A DNA stretch of 64,000 nucleotides from contig OZ024745.1 in the NCBI GenBank assembly GCA_964016885.1, positions 21,266,001 through 21,330,000 on the forward strand, given 5' to 3'. Positions 27,279-41,796 of this stretch are shown in pieces. The translations under genes were made by a program, and so were the position numbers. The stretch comes from Eledone cirrhosa. Taxonomy: Eukaryota. The notes beneath the pieces are model-generated. The model saw only the letters and a list, made by a program, of their open reading frames with translations, was not told the origin of the DNA and ran no database searches. Each line of letters starts with the position of its first letter. The stretch's first letter is position 1.

Positions 27279-28429
27279 GGTATACACCTCATGTCACGCT
27301 ATTAATACCACTAATGCTACTATGACAAGCAATCATTAACACCATTTGCCACCCCCTCTCGACCACGCTTGGTGGCAGCCATATATGAAGTGGGTGGAGT
27401 AAATAAAGTTTTGCTCGGGAGAACACATCAAATTATTGAACACTGGACTGGATGACCTCTTAACAAACAAATCAATTGTAATATTAGAAGATATGATGTT
27501 TGGTTTGGTAATCAATTTAAATGTTAACTGTTGTAATTGGTTTAAACTAGGGCACCTATAAAACAATTGTTATCAACGGACTGATAGGTGTGGTGTTAAG
27601 GTGATCAAATCGTTTTATAATCGATCCATTCAGCATGGTTGTCCCAGAGATGCGGACCTGGACAGTGAGGAGGAACGTTCTCTGGTATGTAAAGGGAGCC
27701 AATGTATAAGTCATCTCATGGTCCAGGCGGAGGATAGAATGGAGAAAGCGTTACCCCGGAGGTGTGTAGGAATAGCCATTCCAAATCACGGGGATCGCTT
27801 CTACGGGTACCCAGTTCTGCCACGATAGTTACTAAGTAGGGATGTGGCCCAGAGCCCTAGTACAACAGAAGTTTCTACTGCGACAGGTTCCATCATAAAC
27901 CTATCGGAGAACAATTGAAAGTTTGCCCTCTTCGGTCTGACGAGCAGCGAAGATTGGGTTAGACATTTGTCCTTCTTTCTCTTTTTTCTTTCTCACTATA
28001 TCTTTCTTGTTTTTGTTTCTTCACGGTAAGTGCAGCTAGTTACCTCCTAGCAATCTGTCATGGCTTTTAAATTGTCTATATGAATATTTTGGTAGAGTCG
28101 TTAGAAGGTTAGATAGAATGCTTTGCAGTATTCGTTCTGGCTCTCTGCTATCTGAGTTCAAATCCCGCCGAGGTCAACTTTATCTCTCATCCATTCGGGG
28201 TCGATAAAAAAAAGTCTAGTACTGTCATCTATTCTTCCTCTCTTTTTCACCCCCACTCTCTCATTCTCTGGAAGAAATCTGCGGTACTCAGACCTGGAGA
28301 GGATTAGGCTATTTAGTTTTAGAATAGTTAGAATGTTTGGATCTAATACCTGTATGTATAACTTTGCAATTCCAATTACTTGCACCAAGCTAACTTTGAT
28401 GTGTAAAATTGGGGGTTTGCTGTGTATTC

Positions 28430-28803
28430 TAATTTGAACTCGGAACGTAAAGGTCCGTAACTCAACGCTGCAAAAGAAGCTGTCCGACGCTGTACTGATT
28501 CTGCCAATCCACCACCTTTGGTCACGTCTTAATAATTGTTTCTACTTTTGGCACAAGGCCAGCAATTATCCCAGTGCATTACTGGTACTTTATTTTATCG
28601 ACCCCGTAAGGATGAAAGCAAAGTTAAACTCGGCGGGATTTGAACTCAGATCATAAAGGGCCATAACTCTATGCTGCAAAGCATGGCGTCAGACGCTCTA
28701 CCGATATTGCCAATCAACCGCCCTTAATAATTGTTTCTAGTTTTGGCACAAGGCCAGCAATTATCCCAGTGCATTACTGGTACTTTATTTTATCGACCCC
28801 GTA
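28430..28803 (-). mobile_element. Tandem SINE family A copies (one full at 28533-28725, two partial)
   Basis: Reverse complement of the family A consensus. Confidence 0.85.
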
Positions 28804-28809
28804 TAAAAT

Positions 28810-28975
28810 AAACCAGATGGACCATAACGCACCAGAGTACTCAATACTTAGGGTAGTGGAGTGGGTAATAGGAACAAGTATGACCCCGACGGCAGAGCTG
28901 AAGCCGTTTCGACGGATATTTCTATAAATAGCCGTCGAAACGGCTTCAGCTAGCCGTCGGGGTTAAACATTTTCC

Positions 28976-28976
<1 letters not shown>
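28810..28976. mobile_element. Palindromic half-hammerhead element (family 5)
   Basis: CCCCGACGGC..GCCGTTTCGACGG / CCGTCGAAACGGC..GCCGTCGGGG. Copies at 41437, 55748, 43135 and 18305. Confidence 0.7.
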
Positions 28977-29052
<76 letters not shown>

Positions 29053-29104
29053 ATGGAATGAAACGAAATTTCATTTCTCACTCTTAGTACAGCAGTTACT
29101 TAAA

Positions 29105-29622
29105 TGTAAGTATGTATGTATACGTACATACATATATGTATACAGACGTACAGTAGTATGTATATATATACATACATGCACACATATATATATGCACGTA
29201 TCGGTTTACCGAACATTTATTATAATGAAATTTCGTTTCATTCTATTCCATTTATCGTTTTCGGTGCGCCCGGCCGACTAAACTCACTCGATATGCAAAT
29301 TAGGCTGCTTAGCCGTTAATATGCATAAGGAAAGTATATACTTTCAGACATTCAACCATCTGGCAGGAAGGTATACGATGCTGACGATAGTTAATAAGCT
29401 TGAAACTAGTACATCGTTCCTGTATCAGTGTTGTACAAAAAGGTGACGTGGTTGCCTAAACACTGTACGGCGTAATTCGGGCTGTTTGTTTGTTTACAAA
29501 CAAACAAACCGAACACTATAATAAATGTTCGGTAAACCGATACGTGCATATATATATGTGTGCATGTATGTATATATATATATACTACTGTACGTCTGTA
29601 TACATATATGTATGTACGTATT

Positions 29623-29630
<8 letters not shown>
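29105..29630. mobile_element. Fold-back element with a hammerhead in the spacer
   Basis: 29110-29225 is the reverse complement of 29515-29630. A rearranged relative lies at 32464-32610. Confidence 0.65.
29364..29422 (+). ncRNA. Type I hammerhead ribozyme (family 6)
   Basis: CAGGA-aggtat-ACGATG-CTGACGA-TAGTT AATA AGCTT-GAAA-CTAG-TA-CATCGT-TCCTG. Palindromic stem III ACTAGT; predicted cut after 29411. Confidence 0.82.
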
Positions 29631-29699
<69 letters not shown>

Positions 29700-30248
29700 G
29701 CCTATGTACATACACGCATATTTGCAAACGTAGAAAAACACGCACGCGAATATATATATTTGTATTGTTTCCTACATATATCGATTAGCAGAAGATCAAG
29801 ATAAAGATCAACCCCATCGACCTCACCCCCAGTCTAGGAGGAGCCGGGAGTGATTTGGGTCCTGCTCTACGTCCCTGGGCTAAATAAATACTATAAAATA
29901 AATAAAATAAAATACACCAAACCCACACAAAAAATATCTCCTCACAGAATTCAATAGAATTTATTGTCTATTGTATTTTCTACAAACATAAGAACACAAC
30001 ACAAACATATACACAAATACACACAAATACACACAAATACATACACACGCACACACACACACACAAATACACACACATATATACACACACACATACACAC
30101 ATACACACATACACACACACACACACACATACACAAATATACACACCCAAACTTACACAAGCATACACAACACCAACACGCACAAATACATACACACACG
30201 CACGTGCACACAGACACATGCATACATACACGAACAAGCACACACGCA

Positions 30249-30291
<43 letters not shown>

Positions 30292-30447
30292 ACACCCATA
30301 CACACACACACACACACACAAGCACACTCAAACAAAAACATACGCAACACCAACACACACACATACAAATATATATATACACACACACACACGAACACAC
30401 AGAAACACTCATACACACAACACAGATGCATACACAAACACCACATA

Positions 30448-30481
<34 letters not shown>

Positions 30482-30699
30482 AACACACAAAAACACACAC
30501 AAACACAAACATGAAAACGCACATACATAGCCGCTCACGCAAAAACACAAACATAAACAGGCGTACACCTCCACACACACAGCAGAGGCAAACACAACCC
30601 CACACACTCGTACATACACGTTAACACACACACACAGCCCACCCTCTAATGAAAAACAAAAAAAAACGATCTATCACTAACAACGTAGACACCATCTGC

Positions 30700-30774
30700 T
30701 ACCCTACCATCATCACCACCACCACCACCAACAACACCAACAACACCACCAACACCAACAACACCACTACCACC

Positions 30775-30806
<32 letters not shown>

Positions 30807-32180
30807 CACCACCATCACCACCACCACCACCACCAACACCAACAACACCACTACCACAACCATCACCACCACCACCAACAACAACAACACCACCATCACC
30901 ACCACCAACACCAATAACACCACCAACACCAACAACACCACTACCACCACCACCAACAACAACAATAACAACACCACCACCACTACCATCACCATCACCA
31001 TCACCACCTCCACCATCACCACCAACACCACCACCATCACTACCACCACCACCACCATCAATACTACCACCACCACCACCACCACCAACACCACCACCAT
31101 CACTACCACCACCACCATCAATACTACCGCCACCACCATCAATACTACCACCACCACCACCACCACCACCATCACCATCACCAACACCACCACCACCATC
31201 ACCACCACCACCATTAATACTACCACCACCACCACCACCAACACCACCAACACCACCACCCCCAACAACAACAAGCTGTTCACAGGGGCGTGCAAAAAGC
31301 TGTGTTATCTTACTTCACAATATCGATTTATTGATACACGATCAATTGTCTTAGTTTGACATTGCCTGTACCTCACCCCTCCCCGGCCACAAACTCAGCT
31401 GTTAGCACTGCCATGACCACCACCACCACCTCCACCACTACCACCACCACCACCTCCACCACTACCACCACCACCACCTCCACCACTACCACCACCACCA
31501 CCTCCACCACCACCACCACCACCACCTCCACCATTACCACCACCAACACCTTCACCACTACCACCACCACTACCACCACCACTACCTCCACCACCACCTC
31601 TACCACCACCACTACCACATCCACCACCTCCACCACCACCACCTCCACCATTACCACCACCAACACCTTCACCACTACCACCACCACTACCACCACCACT
31701 ACCACTACCACATCCACCACCTCCACCACCACCACCTCCACCACCATCACCACTACCTTCACCACCATCACCACCACCTCCATCACCACCACCTCCACCA
31801 CCACAATCACCACTACCTCCACCACCACCACCTCAACCACCACCTCAACCCCCACCACTACTACCACCACCACCGCCGCCACCACCACCGCCGCCACCAC
31901 CACCACCACCACCACCACCACCACCACCACCACCACCACACCACCACCACCACCACCACCATCTCCACCACCACCATCACCACCACCACCACCACCACTA
32001 CTACTGCCGCCACCACCACCACCACCACCACCACCACCACCACCAGCACCACCTCCACCACCACCTCCATCACCACCACCTCCATCACCACCATCTCCAC
32101 CATCACCACCACCACCACTACTACTACTGCCACCACCACCACCACCACCACCACCACCAGTACTACTACTACTACCATCA
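30700..32180. repeat. (ACC)n/(AAC)n trinucleotide blocks
   Basis: Directly visible; source of the poly-T/P/V ORFs. Confidence 0.95.
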
Positions 32181-32734
32181 ACACTGAAATTAATACCACC
32201 GAGGGCAACGTCCCATACACTAGTAGAATCAATGACTCTATTTCTGATAGATTCGCCTGGTGTCGTGTGGTATTGTTTAGTCGCGCACCGACGGCGTGTG
32301 ATACGTGGTAGGGCTGTAGATAGAGGTGGGCTAGTTCTTTGGGTGTGGCAGGAATACACCCTTTTCATATATACATATAATACACACGAACACACACACA
32401 CGCACACACACGCACGCGCGCACACACACACACATATATATATTCATATATATATATAAAAATAAATGGAAAAAAATGTAACGAAATTTCATTTCTCACT
32501 CTTAGTACGGCTGATACTTAAATGTAAATATGTGTGCATGTTATGTATATATATACATACTACTGTACGTCTGTATTCATATATGTATGTACGTATACAT
32601 ACTTACATTTATATATATATATATATGTATATATTATTTACATATATATATATATATATATACATTATGAAGAGAGAAGAAACATTTAGATATAATTAGT
32701 AATAAAATGTATCATACCTAAACTGTTCCTAAAT

Positions 32735-32822
32735 TCCTCGACTACGTAGTTTCGTGGCATAAACAAAAACAATATATCAAAGATATAGAGTCCTTGCGAG
32801 GTCTGCCGACTTATCAAGAGGA
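32735..32822 (-). ncRNA. Type I hammerhead with U3-A8 core (family 7)
   Basis: Reverse complement TCCTC-TTGATAA-GTCGGCA..long loop..TGCCAC-GAAA-CTACGTAG-TC-GAGGA. Confidence 0.75.
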
Positions 32823-32983
32823 TACCTCATTTTACTAGTCTCAAGAACGCGTCTACACTACGTGAGAAAGAATCCCAAAAGGCGGAGGGGGAGATAGTCA
32901 CGCGATATAACGGTCGAGAAACAGAGCTAAGCCTCTTATAACCACGAAGAAAATACCACGGAGGCGGAGGGGGTATTCATATC

Positions 32984-33069
<86 letters not shown>

Positions 33070-33439
33070 ATATGTGCATATACAGACATATATATAAATA
33101 TATATGTATATGTATCTGTATATGTATGTATGTTTTTTATATTTTTAGTTATATTAGTTTGCATCCATGTTGGGACGGCGCCTTCGTTTAGTCGATCTCA
33201 TCGACCCCCAGTACGTAGTTTTTCAAGTCTGCTATTTTATTTTGTAGATATATTTTTGTCTTGTTTTTCGAACCGGAACATAAACACAAACACGAACGTA
33301 TTTACGGATACCTGCACCATACCCCCACTACTTATGCACAAAATTACATCGATGAGGGAGTGGCTGATGAAGAATTAGATGCTTTTGTTCATTTGTCCCA
33401 CGCATTTGTTTTTTTTTCTGTCAACTTTTATATTATATA

Positions 33440-33570
<131 letters not shown>

Positions 33571-33659
33571 ATACAGGATCGCAAACCAACCAAACAGTGA
33601 GTGTGTTCTGTTATTATTTCTGGCAATATTATTACAACAATATGACCCTCCCAAAGTAT

Positions 33660-33710
<51 letters not shown>

Positions 33711-33947
33711 TAAAAAGAAATGACGGTTTTACAATTTACACATTTAATGTTTTTTCGTAAAGTAACTATTATGCACATTTCAAAGACATTGAATTGTCAT
33801 TATGTAATAATTAATATGTTGTAGTCTGACAGGTGGTGAAAAAGTATTCAAGGCTTTTCTATTTGACATGTTCGCTGTAGAAGAGGTGTTGTTGATTCAG
33901 GTTCCAACGCACACACACACACACACACACACACACGCATACACACA

Positions 33948-33979
<32 letters not shown>

Positions 33980-34751
33980 TACACACACACACAAATATAT
34001 ATATATTGAACTTGGCATGCTGGTTGCACCGATCGTCATGACTCACCTCCATCTGAACTACATCATATAATACTTATCCTGAAATGGGCATATAAAGAAT
34101 TCGGGGGAAATGTTCTAATTCCTCGTGACGCTGAGGTAATAACTCAACATCTAAAATATCGATTTTCTAATTTTTGCACAAGGCCAGCAAATGTTTTTTG
34201 TGGGATAAAGACAAAGCTGATTAATTCAAACCCAGTACTTCATTAGAACTTCATTTCATCGTCCCTCAAATATAACAAGTATAGTCGAACTGGACGGGTT
34301 TTGAACTCAGAATGAAAAGAGCCAGAACAAATATTCCGACAGTATTACACCTGACGCCCTAAGAATTCTGCTATTCCACTTTCCTAGTTTGTTAATATTG
34401 ATGTGTAATTTAACAATAGGTGTAGTCTTATGTTTGCCACAAAACCAACACCTTTCCGTCCAACCAGTAACTCTGTGTGTGTGGCATTGCCCCGAGCTGT
34501 GTATTAGATTAAAGTTGCATGATACATTTATAATTTATCCCCCAAAACTAAGGTAATCACATTCTCAATCGCTCGATCACCCTCTCTCCATGTCACCAAT
34601 CTCTCCCCTCTCTCTCGCTCTCCCTCTCTGTCTCTGTCTGTCACGCCTCGTCTCCACAGACCATTGTATGTGTGAACATCTATCTATCTATCTATCTCCA
34701 CACACAGATAGGGCGCATATAGTTAGATGCATTCAAACATACATATATACA

Positions 34752-34784
<33 letters not shown>

Positions 34785-34808
34785 TAAAAAATGCATATAC
34801 ATATGTGG

Positions 34809-34850
<42 letters not shown>

Positions 34851-34892
34851 CATATAAGTCCCCGGGAGTCATTATTCATGCATAAATGCACG

Positions 34893-34927
<35 letters not shown>

Positions 34928-35469
34928 GTATACTATAGCTGCGTTTTCAGCTATAGTACTTGATTTTAGGATTTTCTATGCATCGTTACAAGAGGAGTAA
35001 ACCTCAATTGCCCAAAATCCTGCCATTGAGTGACTGTGTAGTGGATGTGACATCACTGGAAGATCTAGTATTAAATCAACGGAGATTCTTACTAGATGCT
35101 TCTTCTTCTTCTTCTTCTTCTTCTTCTTCTTCTTCTTCTTCTTCTTCTTCTTCTTCTTCTTCTTCTTCTTCTTTGTTGTTGTTCCTGGCTTTCCGATCTG
35201 CGTTCAAATCCCGCTGGGGTCAAGTTTGTCTTTCATGTTTCCCAGGTCGATAAAATTAAGTACCAGTCAAAGACTGCGGTCGATTTAATCGACATTCTCT
35301 TCACCCTCGAAACCGGTGGCTTGGTGCCTAAACAGAAAATATCATCGTCGTCATCATCATCATCATCATCATCATCATTATTATTATCATTAGGAGCTGT
35401 GCTGCTAGTTTGCTACTGTTTTGGCTGTTGTGTTGTGGTGGCTTTATTTACTATTACTAACGGTATTAG

Positions 35470-35857
35470 TACCATTATTATTATCACCACCAACACCACC
35501 ACCACCACCATCATCATCACCACCACCATCATCATCATCATCATCATCATCACCAACATGATCATTATCATTATCATCACCATCATCATCACCACCACCA
35601 TCATCACCAACATCATCATCACCAACATCATCATTATCATTATCATCACCTTCATGATCACCACCACCATCATCATCATCATCATCATTATCATCACCAA
35701 CATCATCATTATCATTATCATCACCATCATGATCACCACCACCATCATCATCATCATCATCATTATCATCACCAACATCATCATTATCAACACCACCAAC
35801 ATCATCATCACCACCACCACCACCATCACCAACATCATCATCATCATCATCATCATC

Positions 35858-35888
<31 letters not shown>

Positions 35889-35980
35889 CCATCATCATCA
35901 TCATTATCATCATCACCACCATCAGTATCATCACCACCACCATCATCATCATTATCATCATCATCACCATCATCATCATC
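35470..35980. repeat. (ATC)n/(ACC)n block
   Basis: Directly visible. Confidence 0.95.
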
Positions 35981-36540
35981 GACTTCCTTTTGAAATGTTA
36001 ACACAATTACAAATCGATGTTTCCTGAAGTTCTGACCTCGAAGACTGATCGATAAATCTTTTTGTGTGTGTTTTCGCTCTTCTTTTAACTTTTCCACATT
36101 ATTATTTATCGCCATTCTTCTTTTTGTTGTTGTTGTTTTAGTTGTTTAAATGTTGTTATTCTTCTTACTGTTCTTGTAGTTGTTATAGTATTTTTGTTGT
36201 TGTTTTCAGTACAGTTGCTATCATCGTTTTATGGTGTAGCTGATATTTTTTGCTGTTGATTTTGCTGTAGTTGCAATTTTTTTTCCAGCTGGGTGTTGTT
36301 GTTGTTGTTGTTGTTGGTGTTATTACTATTTTTGGTGCTGTTGTTGTTGTTATTGTTTTTAATATCGTTTCTGCTGTTGATGTTGTTGATGTTGTTGATG
36401 TTGTATAAGTTATTTACAAACACAAAACTAAAAAACAAAAAGAAAATGATTGATTTCTTCCAGCCAGTGATCTGGAATTTACATATAAAGATATATAGAA
36501 CATACAGACATAAATGTATGTATATATACATTATACATAC

Positions 36541-36599
<59 letters not shown>

Positions 36600-36610
36600 C
36601 AGACACACAC

Positions 36611-36643
<33 letters not shown>

Positions 36644-36697
36644 TTATATACTAGCATATATACGAAAACACACTGGTGCATACACACATACACCCCC

Positions 36698-36745
<48 letters not shown>

Positions 36746-36752
36746 ATGTCTG

Positions 36753-36789
<37 letters not shown>

Positions 36790-37341
36790 GCTTATTTTCT
36801 TACCATTTTAAATGCCAAAGCACGAAGAATGTGTCGAATAGCCTTGTTTACACCTATTCAACCTCTGTAACTTTCATTTTATTTCCACTTCTATCACTTT
36901 CCTCTTATATCATTCTCTATCTCTTAAACTTTCTCCCTCATACTCTCCAACATACTCTCTTGTCTTCTCCCCAGTTTACCCCACAATACAATACTGTCTC
37001 TTTAACCCTTGTTTCTATTTTCTTCTATTATCCACCTTTATCTAGTTATTTATCTACTCTCAACATCATTTTGTCCGTCTCTCTTCCATAATAATCTCTT
37101 TCTTCAAGAACCTTTGTTCATATCATTCGGTTTCTTTCTCTTCAGCATTAAATCTGTGACCTGAACAATCATATTTCTTTAACTTTCTTACGCTGTATTG
37201 CAGTTGAAAGACATTACCGTATGTACATCTTACAACACCTTATTACTTCTGTCGAAAGACTATTTTCCGTTGTACTGTCTTGTTTCAGTTGAAAGTCTTG
37301 TGTTGCTTGTTTATTATTCCTCGTTGTTTGTGCATATTATG

Positions 37342-37429
<88 letters not shown>

Positions 37430-37449
37430 ACACATATATATATATAGGA

Positions 37450-37662
37450 GAACGATCGACTTTCGTCAAATCGGACCGAGGGAACAATGTTTCCGTTGGT
37501 CTTTCCAATTGCTAATACTATCTATCGGTCGCAACTCCAGGTAGAAGGAGCAACGTGAAATAAAGTGTCGAGCAACGTGAAATAAAGTGTCTTGCTCAAG
37601 GACATAACGCATCGCCTGGTCCAGGAATCGAACTCACAACCTTACGATTGCGAATCCAATTC

Positions 37663-37668
<6 letters not shown>
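37450..37668 (-). mobile_element. SINE family B
   Basis: Matches 1960-2170. Contains an internal direct duplication of GAGCAACGTGAAATAAAGTGTC. Confidence 0.8.
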
Positions 37669-37700
<32 letters not shown>

Positions 37701-37704
<4 letters not shown>

Positions 37705-37894
37705 GTTTCTACTTTTGGCACAAGGCCAGCAATTATCCCAGTGCGTTACTGGTACTTTATTTTATCGACCTCGTAAGGATGAAAGGCAAAGTTAACCTCG
37801 GCGGGATTTGAAATCAGACCGTAAAGGGACATAACTCTATGCTGCAAAGCATGGCGTCCGATCCTCTACCGATACTGCCAATCGACTGCCCCTT
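37701..37894 (-). mobile_element. SINE family A, full length
   Basis: Reverse complement of the consensus, inside (TA)n. Confidence 0.9.
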
Positions 37895-38072
37895 ATATAT
37901 ATATGATGTAGGTTCATTAGTTATGTTTATTGATTACTGTAGAGGGGCACCAATATGAGCACTCAATACCTGGAAGAGGGTATCTTAGTGTTATATTTTT
38001 GTAATCAGCAGAGTTTATATATTAAGTATGAAATAACGAAGTTTCACTTTAGAATATTTTTTATAGCATATC

Positions 38073-38160
38073 GAGAATGACATATGTTTCACAGACGATC
38101 GGCTCAACGTCTTAATTGATATGATAGACCTGATTCCAGTATTGATCTGCTCACCACAGG
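38073..38160 (-). ncRNA. Degenerate hammerhead with large stem II insert (family 8)
   Basis: Reverse complement gtggTGA-GCAGA..TCTGT-GAAA-CATATG-TC-ATTCTC. The 5' core is mutated. Confidence 0.45.
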
Positions 38161-38724
38161 TGTATTGGTAATAACTTGGTTGAAATATCCAAGGCAGAGA
38201 GCAACTCGAATCCATAGGGTGAGTTTTGATATAATTACTTAGGCCGGTTACTACAAGGGAGCCATGCAAGGTATGTACGTTCCGTTGGCTCGTAATGCCA
38301 CCTGTATCGATGAAGTTGAACCGGAAATATTATATATAGTGTAGTTTCATTTCCTAATAAATATCCAAATATGTTAGAACACTCAATATGCATTTACTTC
38401 TCACCTTTCCAGAACCTATAAAATATAGTATCATATCAAGGACTTAGATTATCGCCTATACTCCTTCCTCACAGAATTGATAGAGCGTCGGGCAAAATGC
38501 TTTGTGTCATTTGGTTATGAGTTTTGAGTTTACATATCACCGATGTTAGCTTTGTCTTTTATACTTTCTGCGGTCGATATAATCAACTTTTATATTCTCC
38601 CCCAAATTTCTGGTCTTGTACCGACACCAGAAACTATTATTGAGTTCAAATCCTGCCGAAATCCACCTTGCATTTTATCCTATAATTATTGATACCAATA
38701 TTACCTTATTTATACTTCAATGCT

Positions 38725-40155
38725 TGGCAGAGCTGTCCTTCTCGGCAGAGCTGTCCTTCTCGGCAGAGCTGTCCTTTTCGGCAGAGCTGCCCTTCTCGGC
38801 AGAGCTGTCCTTCTCGGCAGAGCTACCCTTCTCGGCAGAGCTGCCCTTCTCGGCAGAGCTGTCCTTCTCGGCAGAGCTGCCCTTCTCGGCAGAGCTGCCC
38901 TTCTCGGCAGAGCTGTCCTTCTCGGCAGAGTTGTCCTTCTCGGCAGAGCTGTCCTTCTCGGCAGAGCTGCCCTTCTCGGCAGAGCTGCCCTTCTCGGCAG
39001 AGCTACCCTTCTCGGCAGAGCTGCCCTTCTCAGCAGAGTTGTCCTTTTCGGCAGAGCTGTCCTTCTCAGCAGAGTTGTCCTTCTCGGCAGAGCTGTCCTT
39101 CTCAGCAGAGCTGTCCTTCTCGGCAGAGCTGCCCTTCTCGGCAGAGCTGTCCTTCTCGGCAGAGCTACCCTTCTCGGCAGAGCTGCCCTTCTCGGCAGAG
39201 CTACCCTTCTCGGCAGAGCTGTCCTTCTCAGCAGAGCTGTCCTTCTCGGCAGAGCTATCCTTCTCAGCAGAGTTGTCCTTCTCAGAAGAGCTGTCCTTCT
39301 CAGCAGAGCTGTCCTTCTCAGCAGAGCTGTCCTTCTCGGCAGAGCTGCCCGTCTCGGCAGAATTGTCCTTCTCGGCAGAGCTGTCCTTCTCAGCAGAGCT
39401 GTCCTTCTCAGCAGAGCTGTCCTTCTCGGCAGAGTTGTCCTTCTCGGCAGAGTTGTCCTTCTCGGCAGAGCTGTCCTTCTCAGCAGAGCTGTCCTTCTCA
39501 GCAGAGCTGTCCTTCTCGGCAGAGTTGTCCTTCTCGGCAGAGCTGTCCTTCTCGGCAGAGTTTCCTTCTCGGCAGAGCTGTCCTTCTCAGCAGAGTTGTA
39601 CTTCTCGGCAGAGCTGTCCTTCTCAGCAGAGCTGTCCTTCTCAGCAGAGCTGTCCTTCTCAGCAGAGCTGTCCTTCTCGGCAGAGTTGTCCTTCTCAGCA
39701 GAGCTGTCCTTCTCAGCAGAGCTGTCCTTCTCAGCAGAGCTGTCCTTCTCAGCAGAGCTGTCCTTCTCGGCAGAGTTGTCCTTCTCGGCAGAGTTTCATT
39801 CTCGGCAGAGTTGTCCTTCTCGGTAGAGCTGTCCTTCTCGGCAGAGTTGTCCTTCTCGGCAGAGTTTCCTTCTCGGCAGAGTTGTCCTTCTCAGCAGAGC
39901 TGTCCTTCTCGGCAGAGTTGTCCTTCTCGGCAGAGCTGTCCTTCTCGGCAGAGTTTCCTTCTCGGCAGAGCTGTCCTTCTCGGCAGAGCTGTTCTTCTCG
40001 GCAGAGTTGTCCTTCTCGGCAGAGCTGCCCTTCTCGGCAGAGCTGTCCTTCTCGGCAGAGTTGTCCTTCTCGGCAGAGCTGTCCTTCTCAGCAGAGATGT
40101 CCTTTTCGGCAGAGCTGTCCTTCTCGGCAGAGCTGTCCTTCTCGGCAGAGATGTC
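38725..40155. repeat. 18-bp minisatellite (about 80 units)
   Basis: Unit GGCAGAGCTGTCCTTCTC, with occasional 16-bp deletion variants. Confidence 0.97.
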
Positions 40156-40609
40156 CTGCTAGAGAACGTGTCGCAGGTGGCGGATATCAATACGGCCACC
40201 AGATCTGATGGCTAATTGCGATATAAGCGGGCAACTGCCGGACGAATAAGCAGCCCTGGACCAACAGCGATAAACTACTATATCATTATTTTTACTGTTA
40301 TTACTGACCCTGATCTGTTTAGATACGAAGTTCATAGCAAGAGAGATTTGTAGAAGGACGAAACTAAATAGTTTAAGTTGATCCTTCAAATAACCGCAGT
40401 CTCTAATAACAGTCTATACTCAGCTCCTCAAATATTTTGGATGTCATGGATGAGGTTTGAAGTAGTCACCGACGGATAAAAGGTGTTAAGATGATGTTTA
40501 TGATGATTATGGTGTCGATAATGATGATGATGATGGTTATGGCAATGATGTTGTTGCAGTAGTTGATGTTTTTATGAGGATGACAGCGATGATGACGATC
40601 TTAGTAAAA

Positions 40610-40650
<41 letters not shown>

Positions 40651-41184
40651 CGTGATCATGATAATAAGGAAGATCATGATCATGATGATAATAAATGACG
40701 ACGATGTTGATAATGACGATGATGTTGATGATGATGACGATGTTGATGATGACGATCATGTTGATGATGGCGATGATGATGATGACGATGATGAAGCCTT
40801 CCTAGAGTCGACAAAGACTAAGAGAAATCGTTAAACCTCTATTTCCCCTCTCTCCCTCTATGTAATCTCTCTCCCTCTAATATCTCCATATCCACCCTCT
40901 TATATTAACCCCCACCCCCCACACACACTTTATACCTTTTGTTATTATATTTTTCTCTGAACGATATTTATCGATCTTGTTTATCGCATTACCCTGTTTA
41001 TTATTGATGTTCTTTTTATATATTTTTGTTATTGTTGTTGTTGTTCTTCTTCTGGTCGTTATTCTTCTGCTTATTTTTGCTTGAGTTGTTGTTGTTGTTG
41101 TTGTTGTTGCTATTATTTTATATTATCATTACTATTAATATCACTATTAATATTATTATCAGTGTTATTATTATCATCATCGTG

Positions 41185-41233
<49 letters not shown>

Positions 41234-41436
41234 TTGCGTCGTTTATGTTGTAATATCGATTCTACATTTAGGGCTAAGAGATGTGAAGACGAGTCCTCAT
41301 CTGATGTCACACCACCATATTTTGACGATAAACATGACGATGGTATTTTATTGTGAAACATTAAGAAAAGCTCAGCATAGTTTGCATTTCATTGTTGAGC
41401 ATGCATTTACATATATATAGATATAGGAAAAAGTAT

Positions 41437-41626
41437 GACCCCCGACGGCAGAGCTCAAACCGTTTCGACGGCTATTTCTGGACTGAACTCGTCCAGAAAT
41501 AGCCGTCGAAACGGCTTGAGCTCTGCCGTCGGGGCCATACTTTTTCCTATTTCCCACTCTACTACCCTAAGTATTGAGTACTCTGGTGCGTTATGGTCCA
41601 TCTGGTTCCTTACCACAATTCCTTTG

Positions 41627-41630
<4 letters not shown>
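41437..41630. mobile_element. Palindromic half-hammerhead element (family 5) with 3' tail
   Basis: Arms meet in GACGGCTATTTCTGGAC-TGAACTC-GTCCAGAAATAGCCGTC. The tail ends in (TA)n. Confidence 0.72.
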
Positions 41631-41661
<31 letters not shown>

Positions 41662-41707
41662 ATAAGAAACGAAGAATCAGTCGTGCGACGAATAACATTT
41701 ATTAGAT

Positions 41708-41796
41708 ATATTACAATCGTTTCTCTGGCGATCAGCTCGAGGCACGATCGATGCAATGATCGAACCTGATTCTGAAATCGCAAGATCCTCAGATTC
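41708..41796 (-). ncRNA. Hammerhead with large stem II insert (family 8)
   Basis: Reverse complement GAAT-CTGAGGA-TCTTGCGAT..ATCGCCAGA-GAAA-CGATTG-TA. Stem I is weak. Confidence 0.55.

Noticed and set aside
27937-27960. CTGACGA motif; similar lone cores at 33364 and 60997
   Set aside because: No properly spaced stem II-GAAA-stem III-NUH.
38616-40215. Long ORFs (SAELSF, RQSCPS and GRAVLL repeats)
   Set aside because: Translations of an 18-bp satellite; 16-bp variant units shift the frame.
40165-40225. HDV-like ribozyme (GG-CCA..TGG-CTAA followed by a P2-like stem)
   Set aside because: No P3/L3 with the CC needed for P1.1, and no P1 could be identified.
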